DNA of 63,997 bases, counting the filler, from Asterionella formosa (Eukaryota): the NCBI GenBank assembly GCA_002256025.1. It is 9 parts of 9 records of this genome, joined end to end, with 100 filler letters (N's around TTAATTAATTAA, not from the genome) between each part and the next. Parts side by side here need not be neighbours in the genome. Positions count along the whole stretch, not along the records: positions 1 to 7,061 come from NKIB01012536.1; positions 7,162 to 14,213 come from NKIB01012537.1; 7 more parts are not named here. The stretch is one strand, 5' to 3'. The translations under genes and the position numbers were made by a program. Of the stretch, positions 1-11,262 are shown piece by piece (within the stretch, counting starts at the first letter, position 1; the number at the start of each line of letters is the position of its first letter). Under the pieces are notes generated by a model. The model had not been told where the DNA came from and did not search any database. It saw nothing but the letters and a program-made list of their open reading frames with translations.

Positions 1-472
1 TGGCACAATTCCCACAGAGATTGGACTCTTGACAAGTCTCAATTATCTAGATTTGAGTGTCAATACCTTCACTGGTACATTTCCCACAGAGATTGGACTC
101 TTGACAAGTCTCACACATCTATCTTTGTCCTTCAATATTTTCACTGGCACACTTCCCACAGAGATTGGACTCTTGACAAGTCTCAATTATCTAGATTTGA
201 GTGTCAATACCTTCACTGGTACAGTTCCCACAGAGATTGGACTCTTGACAAGTCTCACACATCTGTTGTTGTATTTAAATTCTTTCACTGGTACAATTCC
301 CACAGAGATTGGACTCTTGACAAGTCTCACAAATTTAAATTGGAGTGACAATAGTTTCAATGGAACACTTCCCACTGAGATTGGACTCTTGACAAGTCTT
401 ACAACTCTAGATTTGTCTTCCAATTTTTTCACTGGCACAATTCCCACAGAGATTGAACTTTTGACAAGTCAC
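1..472 (+). repeat. Tandem array of ~6.5 x 72-bp units encoding the LRRs
   Basis: Units start at 1, 73, 145, 217, 289, 361 and 433. The core cccacagagattggactcttgacaagtc is almost invariant. Confidence 0.95.
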
Positions 473-499
473 AAATATTTCGATCTCATTACTCTATAA
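2..499 (+). CDS. Leucine-rich repeat protein (24-aa plant-type LRRs), 5'-truncated by the scaffold end
   Basis: Frame is open from position 2 (GTIPTEIGLLTSL...). Repeated LxxLxLxxNxFTGTIPTEIGLLTSL units; stop at 497-499. Confidence 0.9.
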   Translation, partial: GTIPTEIGLLTSLNYLDLSVNTFTGTFPTEIGLLTSLTHLSLSFNIFTGTLPTEIGLLTSLNYLDLSVNTFTGTVPTEIGLLTSLTHLLLYLNSFTGTIPTEIGLLTSLTNLNWSDNSFNGTLPTEIGLLTSLTTLDLSSNFFTGTIPTEIELLTSHKYFDLITL

Positions 500-859
500 A
501 AGTGGCCAATATTTGTGATGCTAAAGTTTCAGTTTACATTACTATTAATAATTATTAAACACGAAAACATCTATTATTCTTTTATTATTTGATCAAAATG
601 AAGTTTGTCATATAGACAACTGATATGATCATATTATACATTTACATTTATGTAACCAGATAAATATTCTGTGAATGTTTGTTGCATTCACAAATTGAAC
701 TGCCTGCTCTTCACACTTCAATTGCAGCTTTTTTCTGTATTCTATTGACCAGCAACCTAAAAATGAACCATTTGTCATCATGCAAGTTGGGAACGTCTGT
801 GAATAGATTTTCCATTAGATCTAACATTTTACTCAGCATACGTTAAAAAAACTGATTGA

Positions 860-1225
860 TTATTCAATTATTTTGATATGTTGATGATAATTTCGATATA
901 TCAACAGCAGTGTCTGTATGATTAATCAAATTTGTACGTTAGGTAACTAGCATAAACACTTTAGGTTATGCATATATGTGAACTCTTATATATTAGTTAC
1001 CAAATCTAATCGGTTAACCAAAATTGTTGATATATTGATCAAATGTTTTATTATGTTGATGATAATTTTGATTTATCAATGACTGTGCCAGTGTGGTCAA
1101 TCCATTTTTCTTCAGATTATTTTCTTACACACATCAGGTTACGCATAGATAGAAGTCATATATATTAGGTATCAAAACTAATCTTCTAATCAAATGTTTT
1201 GATACATTGATACGTTGTTTGATTG
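860..1225. repeat. Diverged AT-rich tandem duplication, period ~174 bp
   Basis: tatgttgatgataattt recurs at ~877 and ~1052; aggtta.gcata...tatatattag recurs at ~963 and ~1136. Confidence 0.55.
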
Positions 1226-2218
1226 ATCAATAGCTGTTGCTGTTTGAACAATTATTGTTTTCTGCAAAGGTTATGACTTTGCACATATCACTTAATGTGT
1301 ATGTAAACCTTGTACCTGACGATGCTATCAGAATGAATTCTGTGCAACAATTGTGCGTTCCTTGTTTCCATTCCTATTTGAATGCTCTACCGGTACATGC
1401 TTTGATCCAATTCTTGTACCAGTAATCAGTAATCGAATTTCTTACAAGCCATATGCGTTCGTTGAATCCCTTAAGAGCTACCTTCTTGCTGGGACGATGA
1501 TGATCTCAGTTTTATAATGAATGATATGGTCTCGATATTGATGGGGAATTATGCTGGCAAAGTTTGATTGTTTGTTTGTTACTCGAAATCAAGTTCTTGA
1601 TTTCATTTAGGAAATAGTAGCATCACATTGGAGAGTTTCAAATGATCTCTGTATTTTTACTTATGTTTTTGGTGCTGGTATTGATACATAAGAAAAGAAG
1701 AATTTTCTTCTGTGCACCATTATGGCCACATTTGAGAGGCATCGCCAAAATTGGGAAGCTTTTTTCCTGATGAGCCGATGGAATTAGTCATACCTGTCAT
1801 TCCAAATAAAGATCACTGAAGTCATGTATTCTCCGTTTATGCATTGACACCACAGGCGAGTGAAAACGAAATAGTTGATGCCAGTTCATCTTCTCCCAAT
1901 ATCATTCCAAGAAGTAAAGATCGTGTTGCTTTTATGCCCATCGTAGATCTTGTTTCTACTTTCTCAGAGCGTCTAATTGAGTCTATCGAACCTGATTGAC
2001 TTGATATAAAATATCCCCCTTTCAAAGCAAAAGCAAAATGTAAATTAAAGGCAAATCCAGACATGGTTGCCAATCCGGAAAAAGCTGTCCATGACTTGTC
2101 TCCAAAGAGTTCCAAAATTGTAGGAGTTATTGAGAAAGTTTTAAAAAAAAGGTCGAGGAGGAAAGTGATTTGTCCCATTTATCCAGTAAGGATAAACCAT
2201 TATTGAAATTTTTCATTA

Positions 2219-2760
2219 TTGACATTATTTGATGAAGGAATTCATAAATATTTATGCGAAAGAGCGAAGAGAAGTGAAGAAACACATCAATTACTTATAT
2301 CGAAAAAATCGATAAAGGGAAAGGTAGCAGCTGCTGTTAGGGGATATGGTAATGAATTGGAATGTTTCAACGATCAAATTTATAGTGTTTCACCTTCTTT
2401 TTTGCAGAAAGCATGTCCTGCCCATTCTGCGTGAATTGCCAAGTATTTGATTCAGCTTTCCGGTTCCCGCTTCTGTTGGGTCTGGAGTCACATATGCTTT
2501 ACTACAATTCATACTCTTGCTCCGCCTCAGAAGTACGACAATATTGCTGGAATGATTCTTCCCTTAAATTTTCAGAGAAGCAGTACAGGGACAATCGTAT
2601 TGAACTGTCCAATTGTGCATATTGGGATATTGAAATTGTGACCGCCATTGTGAAGGTCATTGTTCATGAACTACATCCCTCAAACATTCATGTAATTGTT
2701 GACTCTCAAGACAGAAATGACTGGAATAATGAACGTCCTTATCCATCTAACAGCTTGTTC
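2219..2760 (+). pseudogene. Frameshifted, diverged homologue of the Ulp1-like protease ORF at 12.6-13.5 kb
   Basis: CPFC...AF...AYWDIEIVTAIVKVIVHELHP aligns with CEMC...AF...AYWDLETITSMIHYIIHELHP. It breaks off at ~2760, before the catalytic His motif. Confidence 0.65.
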
Positions 2761-2761
2761 T

Positions 2762-2889
2762 CCAACCCTCCATTGAATTCCTTATTATTGTCCTGTGACT
2801 GTTTACCCTTCCAGTACCAAGTCACCCCAACCCTCCATTGAATTCCTTATTATTGTCCTGTGACTGTTTACCCTTCCAGTACCAAGTCA
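2762..2889. repeat. Perfect direct tandem duplication, period 65 bp
   Basis: ccaaccctccattgaattcc...ccagtaccaagtca at 2762 and 2827. Confidence 0.95.
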
Positions 2890-3275
2890 TGGGGCTTTTG
2901 ATCTCGTTCAGCTTCTCATTAATCCAGAATGGTCCGGTGTCATCTATTCTGAATAATATTGATTGCGTTGATTGCGTTGATTGCGTTTTTTCCAGCTCAG
3001 GTAAGTGAGGTCCCAGGTACCCATGTGTTTGCCATATTTCTCAACCGTTTTTGGGCACCTCCATAGGACTTAGTCATTTGTTCCACATTTATGCCTTCTT
3101 CTGTCTGACGGTTGTGCCCACAGGAGTGATAAAAACCAGGAAAGGGAATTGAGGGTAGAGTACTTTGAGAACATCAATGCAATCTTCAAGCTGCAATACC
3201 ATGTGCTGATAGGACCAGTAGCCTTCTGATTTTGCCCCATATTTTAATTCTCTAACAAATGTTGTTCTGATGATT
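2890..3275 (-). mobile_element. Decayed IS630/Tc1/mariner-superfamily DDE transposase fragment
   Basis: Manual minus-strand translation: FVRELKYGAKSEGYWSYQHMVLQLEDCIDVLKVLYPQF..F/(D)HSCGHNRQTEEGINVEQMTKSYGGAQKRLR...DDTGPFWI. Frameshifted and absent from the ORF track. Confidence 0.7.
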
Positions 3276-3511
3276 CATCACTCCCCCCTAGCAATAACAG
3301 TCTACTAGTTGCTTCTTTGCCTACTTTCTCTCCTTCTTGTTGTTCACTTATCTTTCTCCTTTTCCTTGAATTTAACTGACATAAATCTCTTATCCCTCTC
3401 CGCTAAAAAATCAATACATGTTGATGTATACTGTGGTATGAATAAAGTGTCATTGATAGATATACATAACATTAACAGCAATGTGTTCTGCAAAAAAAAG
3501 TATCATGCTTA

Positions 3512-4030
3512 TAGGATCAAGGGTATCATACGCTAAGTGGCACAGGATTTTCGTATTTATGATAATTTTTGGATCAAAAATATGATAAAGGTATCTTGTA
3601 ACTATGATGATTTAGTAATATTTTACCGACCTTGAAGTATAATGATAATAAGAACATTATCATCACACAATGTATATAAACTGATCAACAACATTTCCCA
3701 TCGATATCATAAACCTTCTCATATTTTTTCACTTCTCGTGATCAACTGATGTAAATTATAACTACAACGTATCCTAAAATCAGCTCAACTCTATGCTATC
3801 ATGTGAATTGTTTCATCGTAAATATATCGTAAACATGATCATAATTCTAATCACAAGCATTGTTCAAAAAAGATTGAAATGGATCGTAATTTAACTATTA
3901 AATTAAGCAATGCTATCTATTAATCTACATGCCAGCGACCCAACGTTTCTCTCCCTACTTGAACCCTTTTCTTCCTCTTTTTTGAATCTTGTGCCAAGCT
4001 TGTGCCAAGCAATGCCTTACTAATGTTGCG
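3512..4030. repeat. Repeat family A, copy 1 (truncated by the Copia fragment)
   Basis: Nearly identical to 6144-6661; starts taggatca.gggtatcata.gctaagtggcacagg. Confidence 0.95.
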
Positions 4031-4962
4031 GCTGCACACAAGTACTATTCGTTACAGCGGGAATCCACTGACGACATGCGTTCGCGTTTGCGAAAATCGT
4101 TACAGCGGGAATCCACTGACGACATGCGTTTGCGTTTGCGAATTACTATCATTCTCTTTTCCCAGCAAATCCACTCATTATCATGGCGAATAACTTGGTC
4201 GGAGTCGCCCACATTCTGTTGGCAATCGGTTTTGAGGTCACTGTCGAACGTTTGAACATCATGGCAGCAGGTATTAGCGAGTTTGAGGATTTCCGTTATC
4301 TAGTAGAAAAGGACATTCGTGACATGGCGGATGAATTTGCGAAGCGTAGCGTGGCAAATGATAAGATTGTTTTTGGACTCAGACGCACAAAGAAATTGAC
4401 AGGTGTTATGCATTGGGTCCAGGATTGCCATCGAGTTAACAATGTTCCGGACCACAACGATTTCAATAGTGAGATTCTGTATCAATCGTTGAGCCTTGCG
4501 CAGATCAGGAATTCTAAGGCTGCCGATCCGGGAAAATTCAAAGATGAGAGGAAGTGGCCTGAGTGGGAAAAGGCCTTTATCAACTACTTGGCTGTCATTC
4601 CTGGCTTTAGCGGCATACCGTTGTCTTATGTGGTAAGAGAAGCGGAGGATCTCGAAGCTGAGGCCGATTATGGCTCATTCAGCAAACGCATGATCCATCG
4701 TGCCTCCCTTAAGGGTCAGTATTACATTGCGGATGCGAGACATGTGCATACATTGTTACTTGGTTTTCTACAGGGCGAACAGACAGAAAATTGGATTCGT
4801 TCCATCTCTTGTTATCAGGACGGTCGTAGGGATATGGTCATGTTGAGGCAACACTCCGTAGGATTGCAGACGCCAAGAAGATTCAATCGTTCCTCCACTA
4901 CAAGACCAAGCGTGCGTTACCTTTTAAAAAGTTCTTGGATTCACTACAACGTCTGCAAATAA
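4031..4962 (+). mobile_element. Ty1/Copia (diatom CoDi-like) LTR retrotransposon 5' leader and truncated gag (ORF 4183-4962)
   Basis: PGKFKDERKWPEWEKAFINYLAVIPGFSGIPLSYVVRE motif typical of diatom Copia gag. Frameshifted 3' end. 48-bp tandem duplication in the leader (4049/4097). Confidence 0.8.
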
Positions 4963-4977
4963 AATAGAACATTCATT

Positions 4978-6110
4978 TAGGATCACGGGTATCATACGCT
5001 AAGTGGCACAGGATTTTCGTATTTATGATAATTTTTGGATCAAAAATATGATAAAGGTATCTTGTAACTATGATGATTTAGTAATATTTTACCGACCTTG
5101 AAGTATAATGATAATAAGAACATTATCATCACACAATGTTAATAAACTGATCAACAACATTAACCATCAATATCATAAACCTTCTCATATTTTTTTCACT
5201 TCTCGTGATCAACTGATGTAAATTATAACTACAACGTATCCTAAAATCAGCTAAACTCTATGCTATCATGTGAATTGTTTCATCGTATATATATCTTAAA
5301 CATGATCATTTAAGTCATCAAAAGGATTGTTTAAAATAGATTGAAATGGATCATAATTTAACTATCAAATTTTGACATTGCTATCTATAATTTTACAGGC
5401 CAGCGACCCGACATCTCTCTCTAATTGGCTCAATGTATATTGTTCCTGTCTCGCGCTTTCCTTCCTCTATTTTGAATCAAGTGTGAGGTAGTGACAACTA
5501 ATGTTGCATCTCTTTTTCTGCTGTTAGTGTCACTCTGAACTCGACGACTATTCCGTTGTTTGATTGGTTTTATTGTCCTATGCATGCAGTTACAGTTACA
5601 ATGAGAAGAATTGATTTGTTAGCTAGTCATGTTACATTGACACAAGAAAACGCTATTCCATCGTATCCTCTTGCTTCACTTACCACAAATCAATGCAACT
5701 GATGCATAAGTCTGTGATAGTAACTTGTCAGCAAATTTTTGAATAAGAAAGTTTCTGGTAGTATCCAATGTTGTCGAATAAAACTTACCGGTTCATTTTT
5801 GTCAGCTTAACTTTGAGAGAAGGTAAACGTTTTGTCAGTTTTGTTCCAACAGAAGTGAATAGGTCCAACGAGCGACAAGAGCACTAACGCAATTTGGTTT
5901 TGTTTTACATTGGTGCTCCCCAACAAACGAAACGAGCTGTTGAATCAACTGAGAAAAAAGGAAATGTGGCTGCGTTTAGTTAACAAGTTTGTTGTTGTCC
6001 TGCCTCCCAACGATTGTCATCCAAGTACCACATTGATGGCTTCATTACCTGAAACATTCTTCATCTTTCGAATGCGCAATGTGTCGAACTGTACCATTGG
6101 CGTATACTTG
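4978..6110. repeat. Repeat family A, copy 2 (full ~1.17-kb unit)
   Basis: Tandem with copy 3 at a period of 1166 bp; its middle part is diverged from copies 1 and 3. Confidence 0.95.
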
Positions 6111-6143
6111 AATAAATACAGGTAAAAAAAAGTATCACTCATA

Positions 6144-7061
6144 TAGGATCACGGGTATCATATGCTAAGTGGCACAGGATTTTCGTATATATGATAACTT
6201 TTGGATCAAAAATATGATCAAGGTATCTTGTAACTATGATGATTTAGTAATATTTTACCGACCTTGAAGTATAATGATAATAAGAACATTATCATCACAC
6301 AATGTATATAAACTGATCAACAACATTTCCCATCAATATCATAAACCTTCTCATATTTTTCACTTCTCGTGATCAACTGATGTAAATTATAACTACAACG
6401 TATCCTAAAATCAGCTCAACTCTATGCTATCATGTGAATTGTTTCATCGTAAATATATCGTAAACATGATCATAATTCTAATCACAAGCATTGTTCAAAA
6501 AAGATTGAAATGGATCGTAATTTAACTATTAAATTAAGCAATGCTATCTATTAATCTACATGCCAGCGACCCAACGTTTCTCTCCCTACTTGAACCCTTT
6601 TCTTCCTCTTTTTTGAATCTTGTGCCAAGCTTGTGCCAAGCAATGCCTTACTAATGTTGCGTCTCTTTTCCTGCTGTTAGTGTCATAGTGAACTCGCTGG
6701 CTATTCTGTTGTTTGATTGGTTTTATTTTCCTATGCATGCAGTTACAGTAACAATGAGAAGGAATGATTTGTTAGCTAGTCATGTCAAATTGACACAAGA
6801 AAACGCTATTCCATCGTATCCTCTTGCTTCACTTACCACAAATCAATGCAACTGATGCATAAGTCTGTAAAAGTAACTTGTCAGCAAATTCTTGAATAAG
6901 TAAGTTTCGGGTAGTATCCAATGTTGTCGAATAGAACTTACCGGTTCATTTTTGTCAGCTTAACTTTGAGAGAAGGTAAACGTTTTGTCAGTTTTGTTCC
7001 AACAGAAGTGAATAGGTCCAACGAGCGACAAGAGCACTAACGCAATTTGGTTTTGTTTTAC
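6144..7061. repeat. Repeat family A, copy 3 (cut by the scaffold end)
   Basis: Direct sequence match to copies 1 and 2. Confidence 0.95.
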
Positions 7062-7161
7062 NNNNNNNNNNNNNNNNNNNNNNNNNNNNNNNNNNNNNNN
7101 NNNNNTTAATTAATTAANNNNNNNNNNNNNNNNNNNNNNNNNNNNNNNNNNNNNNNNNNNN
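7062..7161. other. Artificial scaffold spacer N44-TTAATTAATTAA-N44 (also 14214-14313, 21359-21458, 28502-28601, 35643-35742, 42775-42874, 49902-50001, 57028-57127)
   Basis: Eight identical 100-bp spacers; the 12-mer gives stop codons in all six frames. Confidence 0.98.
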
Positions 7162-7500
7162 TACAGTCAGGTAACATTTTTTATGGGCATATGCACCCAT
7201 GTAAAAGTGGGATCTTCAGTTTACAATTGAGCAGAATAGCAAAACCAGAATGGCAAGCATACATGATAGAATATTTTCAGTTTAAATCAAGTAGCCATTG
7301 CATGATCCTTTTTCAAATACTATGATACCCTATCCATAATGAAATGTACCCCTATACTGTATTTCCCATAACCTGCAGTAGTATACCATACAATAATCCA
7401 TAACTTTATATGTAATGCATAAGTATAAACAGTCTGTTGTACCAAAAGTCTCATGTTTTCTTAGCTGTGCTAGCTTTAAATTCATACTTCTGTGCGATAT

Positions 7501-8631
7501 TCAGCACATTCGGCTAACACGCAACTCTGTTGGCAACACAATGTCCTTATGATCATCTAGAAACTGACACCAAGGAATCCAGTGGTCCCGTCGTACATAT
7601 GATAAAGGAGTAAAGCCTCTCTTGTCAGTTATCAGAAGCAAATCAGGACAAACCCTCACGAGCAACTCCACCAAATCAAATTCAGGCTCTTGTGTCCAAA
7701 GCGCATCATGAAGAGGAGTTCGACCATAATCGTCTCGCAGACGCACACTGACACCTTCATCTAATAAGAATCGAACCACGTGAGTTGATCCTCGTCGACA
7801 CGCCATATGCAGGATGGATTCTCCAAATTTGTTGCATGCCTGCAACGATCGGCCAGATCCGACAATTTGATGCAAGGCATTGATATCATTCTTGCGTACA
7901 GCATTAATGACATCACTTTGGTATCCAATAATATGTTCAGGTGTGACTTCGAGGAAGAAATCCTTTAGTGACAAAGACGCATGTGTTTGGTAAGTCAAGC
8001 CTGCAGCTTCGACAAGCTCCTGGAAGTGATCATTGGGACTTTTCCCCAAAAAATGAGATGTACTGTCTTCTTCCATTGTCAGCACTGTTGCTGTGTCACC
8101 AGCAACAATGTCGGCATTGGGAAAAGGACAAGCAAGAATCTCCAGGGATGGCGCCGATACGCTAGGAATCATTCTAGAGATAGGTTGCAACGGCGTGTCC
8201 CTAAAGTTCGTCGTTTTCCTCATCTCCTTTGATACTCCACAATTCTCGCCCGATAACAGGTGCACCTGATCTATTCTTGAACCCGAAGTCCTATGCCTTA
8301 TTCCTGTGTGTGTCACAACAGGGTCAACAGCGTAGGGATGATAGATGATGTTACACCTCTGTTTTTTGAGGTCTGCATTGGAAGAACGTACTGGGTCGAT
8401 AATTTGTGTTCTGTCCAATTGTTCATGTGCAAGGAACACAGGTTCAAGAGGAAAAGTAGACAGAGGCAGCGTGCTAAATCGTTGGGTCCTTTTGCTATTG
8501 CGCACTCGGGGAGAAACAGGGATTTCATTTGCAGCAAAGGATACACAAGGCTTTGGAATATTAGAGCCAGTACTGTTTCTGCGCTGTTGCTTAGCAAACG
8601 TGGTAGAAGCGATATCCAAAGTGGAAGGCAT
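7501..8631 (-). CDS. Ankyrin-repeat protein (disordered N-terminus, C-terminal ANK repeats)
   Basis: NKFGESILHMACRRGS, DDYGRTPLHDALW and DKRGFTPLSY motifs; 376-aa ORF. Possible 5'-UTR intron at ~8680-8754. Confidence 0.9.
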   Translation of the reverse strand: MPSTLDIASTTFAKQQRRNSTGSNIPKPCVSFAANEIPVSPRVRNSKRTQRFSTLPLSTFPLEPVFLAHEQLDRTQIIDPVRSSNADLKKQRCNIIYHPYAVDPVVTHTGIRHRTSGSRIDQVHLLSGENCGVSKEMRKTTNFRDTPLQPISRMIPSVSAPSLEILACPFPNADIVAGDTATVLTMEEDSTSHFLGKSPNDHFQELVEAAGLTYQTHASLSLKDFFLEVTPEHIIGYQSDVINAVRKNDINALHQIVGSGRSLQACNKFGESILHMACRRGSTHVVRFLLDEGVSVRLRDDYGRTPLHDALWTQEPEFDLVELLVRVCPDLLLITDKRGFTPLSYVRRDHWIPWCQFLDDHKDIVLPTELRVSRMC

Positions 8632-9511
8632 TTGTAGGAGAGATCGAAGAGCGGATCGCGCTTAAACAAAAATGTTGACCTGATTTCAAAAGAGTGAGTT
8701 AAGTTGCATCAGCATCGATGGAATATGGAAGACTGAGATACAAGATGGTCTTACCTTCTTTAAGTTAAAAGTTCGTGCAGATTGGCAATTTTGCTTGCGT
8801 AATATAATTGTATGCGGCGATCACATATACCGGTAATGATGAGACAGTGTGATGCAAAATGTGCTCTAGAAGAAGGCACAAGCAGAAGAAGGTCCATCAT
8901 CAGTCGAGCTGAAGTGGTGAATTGCTGACACCAGCAGGAAAACTACACGTATGCATGTGGGATGAAATGACGATGGTCACCATGTTGCATTCACATACCG
9001 GTACGTACAGCCATGCGAACAAGAAAGAAAAAACAGTGATGCAGGGCTACAAATAATTATATTTCCAGCAGACGTTCACTCTAGTGATTTCTACAAATAT
9101 AGCTATATATTTGAATGTAACACAACACTTGTTGTGCTGACGTGGTAAGACATCGGAACCCGAGGGAGTGTTGTGTTCGATGGGCGGAGAAATTCATGAC
9201 ACATGGAATTTTGATATGCATTTCGTATGAATGGAGGTAAATGTCCATCGTCAGTATACAAGTCGTATGTTAATCTGCAGGTACCGGTACTCCTACTGTA
9301 CCAGGGTACACCAGGTTGCAAAAACCAGCTACCAGGTACCTGGTACCATCCCACTGAAGTGTTAAAATCATGCCACATCGTCAGTAAAATTGGTGACCAC
9401 ATGATTGGGTCTTTGTGTGGTAACCACATTGCTCCTCACGCTACCTGGTACCAGGTACGGTACCTGGTACCCTGGCACTGTGTACAATACACTACGACAT
9501 TGCGGGTACCT

Positions 9512-9601
9512 GAAAGTTGCGGTCATTTTGCTTTAACTAACATTGCAATCTGGGATAAAGACAGCTAAACCTTTAGTCTCAGCAAAATTACCGCAATTAG
9601 C
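9512..9601. mobile_element. 90-bp MITE-like element with ~21-bp terminal inverted repeats
   Basis: gaaagttgcggtcattttgct ... agcaaaattaccgcaattagc; homologous copies at 27869, 28005 and 17118 (half). Confidence 0.8.
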
Positions 9602-11262
9602 TGGTATACGGTACCCTGGTACCAGGTACCAGGTTCGTAACACATGCAGCTTGTCCAGTCTCACATCCACATTACCGGTATATGAGGTGGAGGACTGCGC
9701 ACATTCCTTTCTACCAGAACCTGGAACAAGTGCATGCCTGACAATGCTTGTCGATGTCTATAATATGACTCGTGTAGCCAATGTACCTACCGGGAACGGG
9801 GTCATCCTTTATACGGTGTGCTATCAATTCTTATGTAATGATACGACGATATTTACCATGGACAGCCAAGTCATTTGTTTCACGTAAATACATAGTCGAG
9901 GGGTTTCAACGACCAATGTTTCGATGTTGTTTCCTACATACAGATGATCAGGGAGTTCCGGGAACGTCCGAATATTGCGAATATTTGTCCGAACATGCAG
10001 ACGGTATACAGTCAAAAAATGTAACCGCACACACAGTACATGCATAAAATAAAAACAGTCGTACACCGGTATAGGTATGAGCATAGGTCGTTGAAATAAA
10101 ACTGCAGTAATACTGCAGGCTCTTTTTAGAGAATGACAGTATACTGGTATAGTGTATTCACTTGGCGAACAGTTAAGTATTTCAATGTTGAAATGACAGT
10201 ATACCAGTATACTGATACTGCTTCCAAAGCAGTATTCTTTTTGTCACTCAGTCATGCGCGCTCGTGCGCAAATTTTTTTCGGTCAATAACAAAGGATTCA
10301 GCATTCAATCATGGCAGCTACTTAAGTGCTTTGGTTCTATCATGTTACCACCCATTGCTTCACCGACCACAACCTCATTCCAGTATCAGGACCTGGAGGT
10401 CTCTGTAGCTTGAATACCACTAAATTCTGTGATCAACGCTGTGTTACTGTGTTAGTCTTTCTTAAACTCACCTTTATACTTAGCAAAATAGTGTCCTATC
10501 ACATATATTATATGATGCATCATATTTTTTATGTGATTTATAACCTTAAATTATGTATGTAGCCAAAATTGTCATATTAGGCCACCCAAATTATTAATTT
10601 GGGTGACCCAAATTATTAATTTGGGTGATAATATTTGACTATGTAGTGTTGTTTAGGGCTATACCAGCTGTTGGTGTTGTAGATGTAAACATGAGTTTAA
10701 ACTTGCAATCGCTAATTAAATTATTAGCATCTAAAAAAATTAATCGAAACCAATTTAACATACATCTATTCATTATCTGCATATACATGCACCCAAATAT
10801 TTGCTGGAAACGGATAGCACAAATCACTATCATCATTATACTTTCAATAGAATAACTTTCATTCCATATGATACTTTCGTTAGCTGTTAAATTTTCATTG
10901 ACCACACCACCGGATATTTAACATTTCCAATCATCGAAAGGAGCATAAAATCGCTTTCTTTCTTTGCATCATCGCCACTTTCGTGGTTGCGCAATGCACA
11001 ATCAAAGTCAAGTTGTCGCTGTTATACTGTTATATCCTACTTTGTATGCATGTAGAGAATAGTTAGTTCGAAAAAAGGTCCTGATGCAAATGCATTTTGC
11101 TCGGAGATGACCATAAGTGAAAATCAAGAAAGCCGAAAAAGTTTTTTAAAATGTTGTTGCCATTTTTAATCTTTCGATTTAGCTATTTTATATATATATT
11201 CATACAGCTTTGAGCAAGCCACAAAATAGGGCAATTGAGCAGGAGAAAATTGTAGGAGTCAA

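Noticed and set aside
1..472. CRISPR-like array (constant ~40 nt plus variable ~32 nt)
   Set aside because: The period is exactly 24 codons in an open LRR frame, the 'spacers' are homologous to each other, there are no cas genes, and the context is eukaryotic.
7106..7117. TTAATTAATTAA palindrome recurring every ~7.1 kb as a biological periodic signal
   Set aside because: It is always centred in exactly 100 bp of N padding; it is an artificial six-frame stop linker.
10137..10214. 15-bp inverted repeat cagtatactggtata / tataccagtatactg as a MITE or terminator
   Set aside because: Single occurrence in the window, no TSD, and within palindrome-rich low-complexity DNA.
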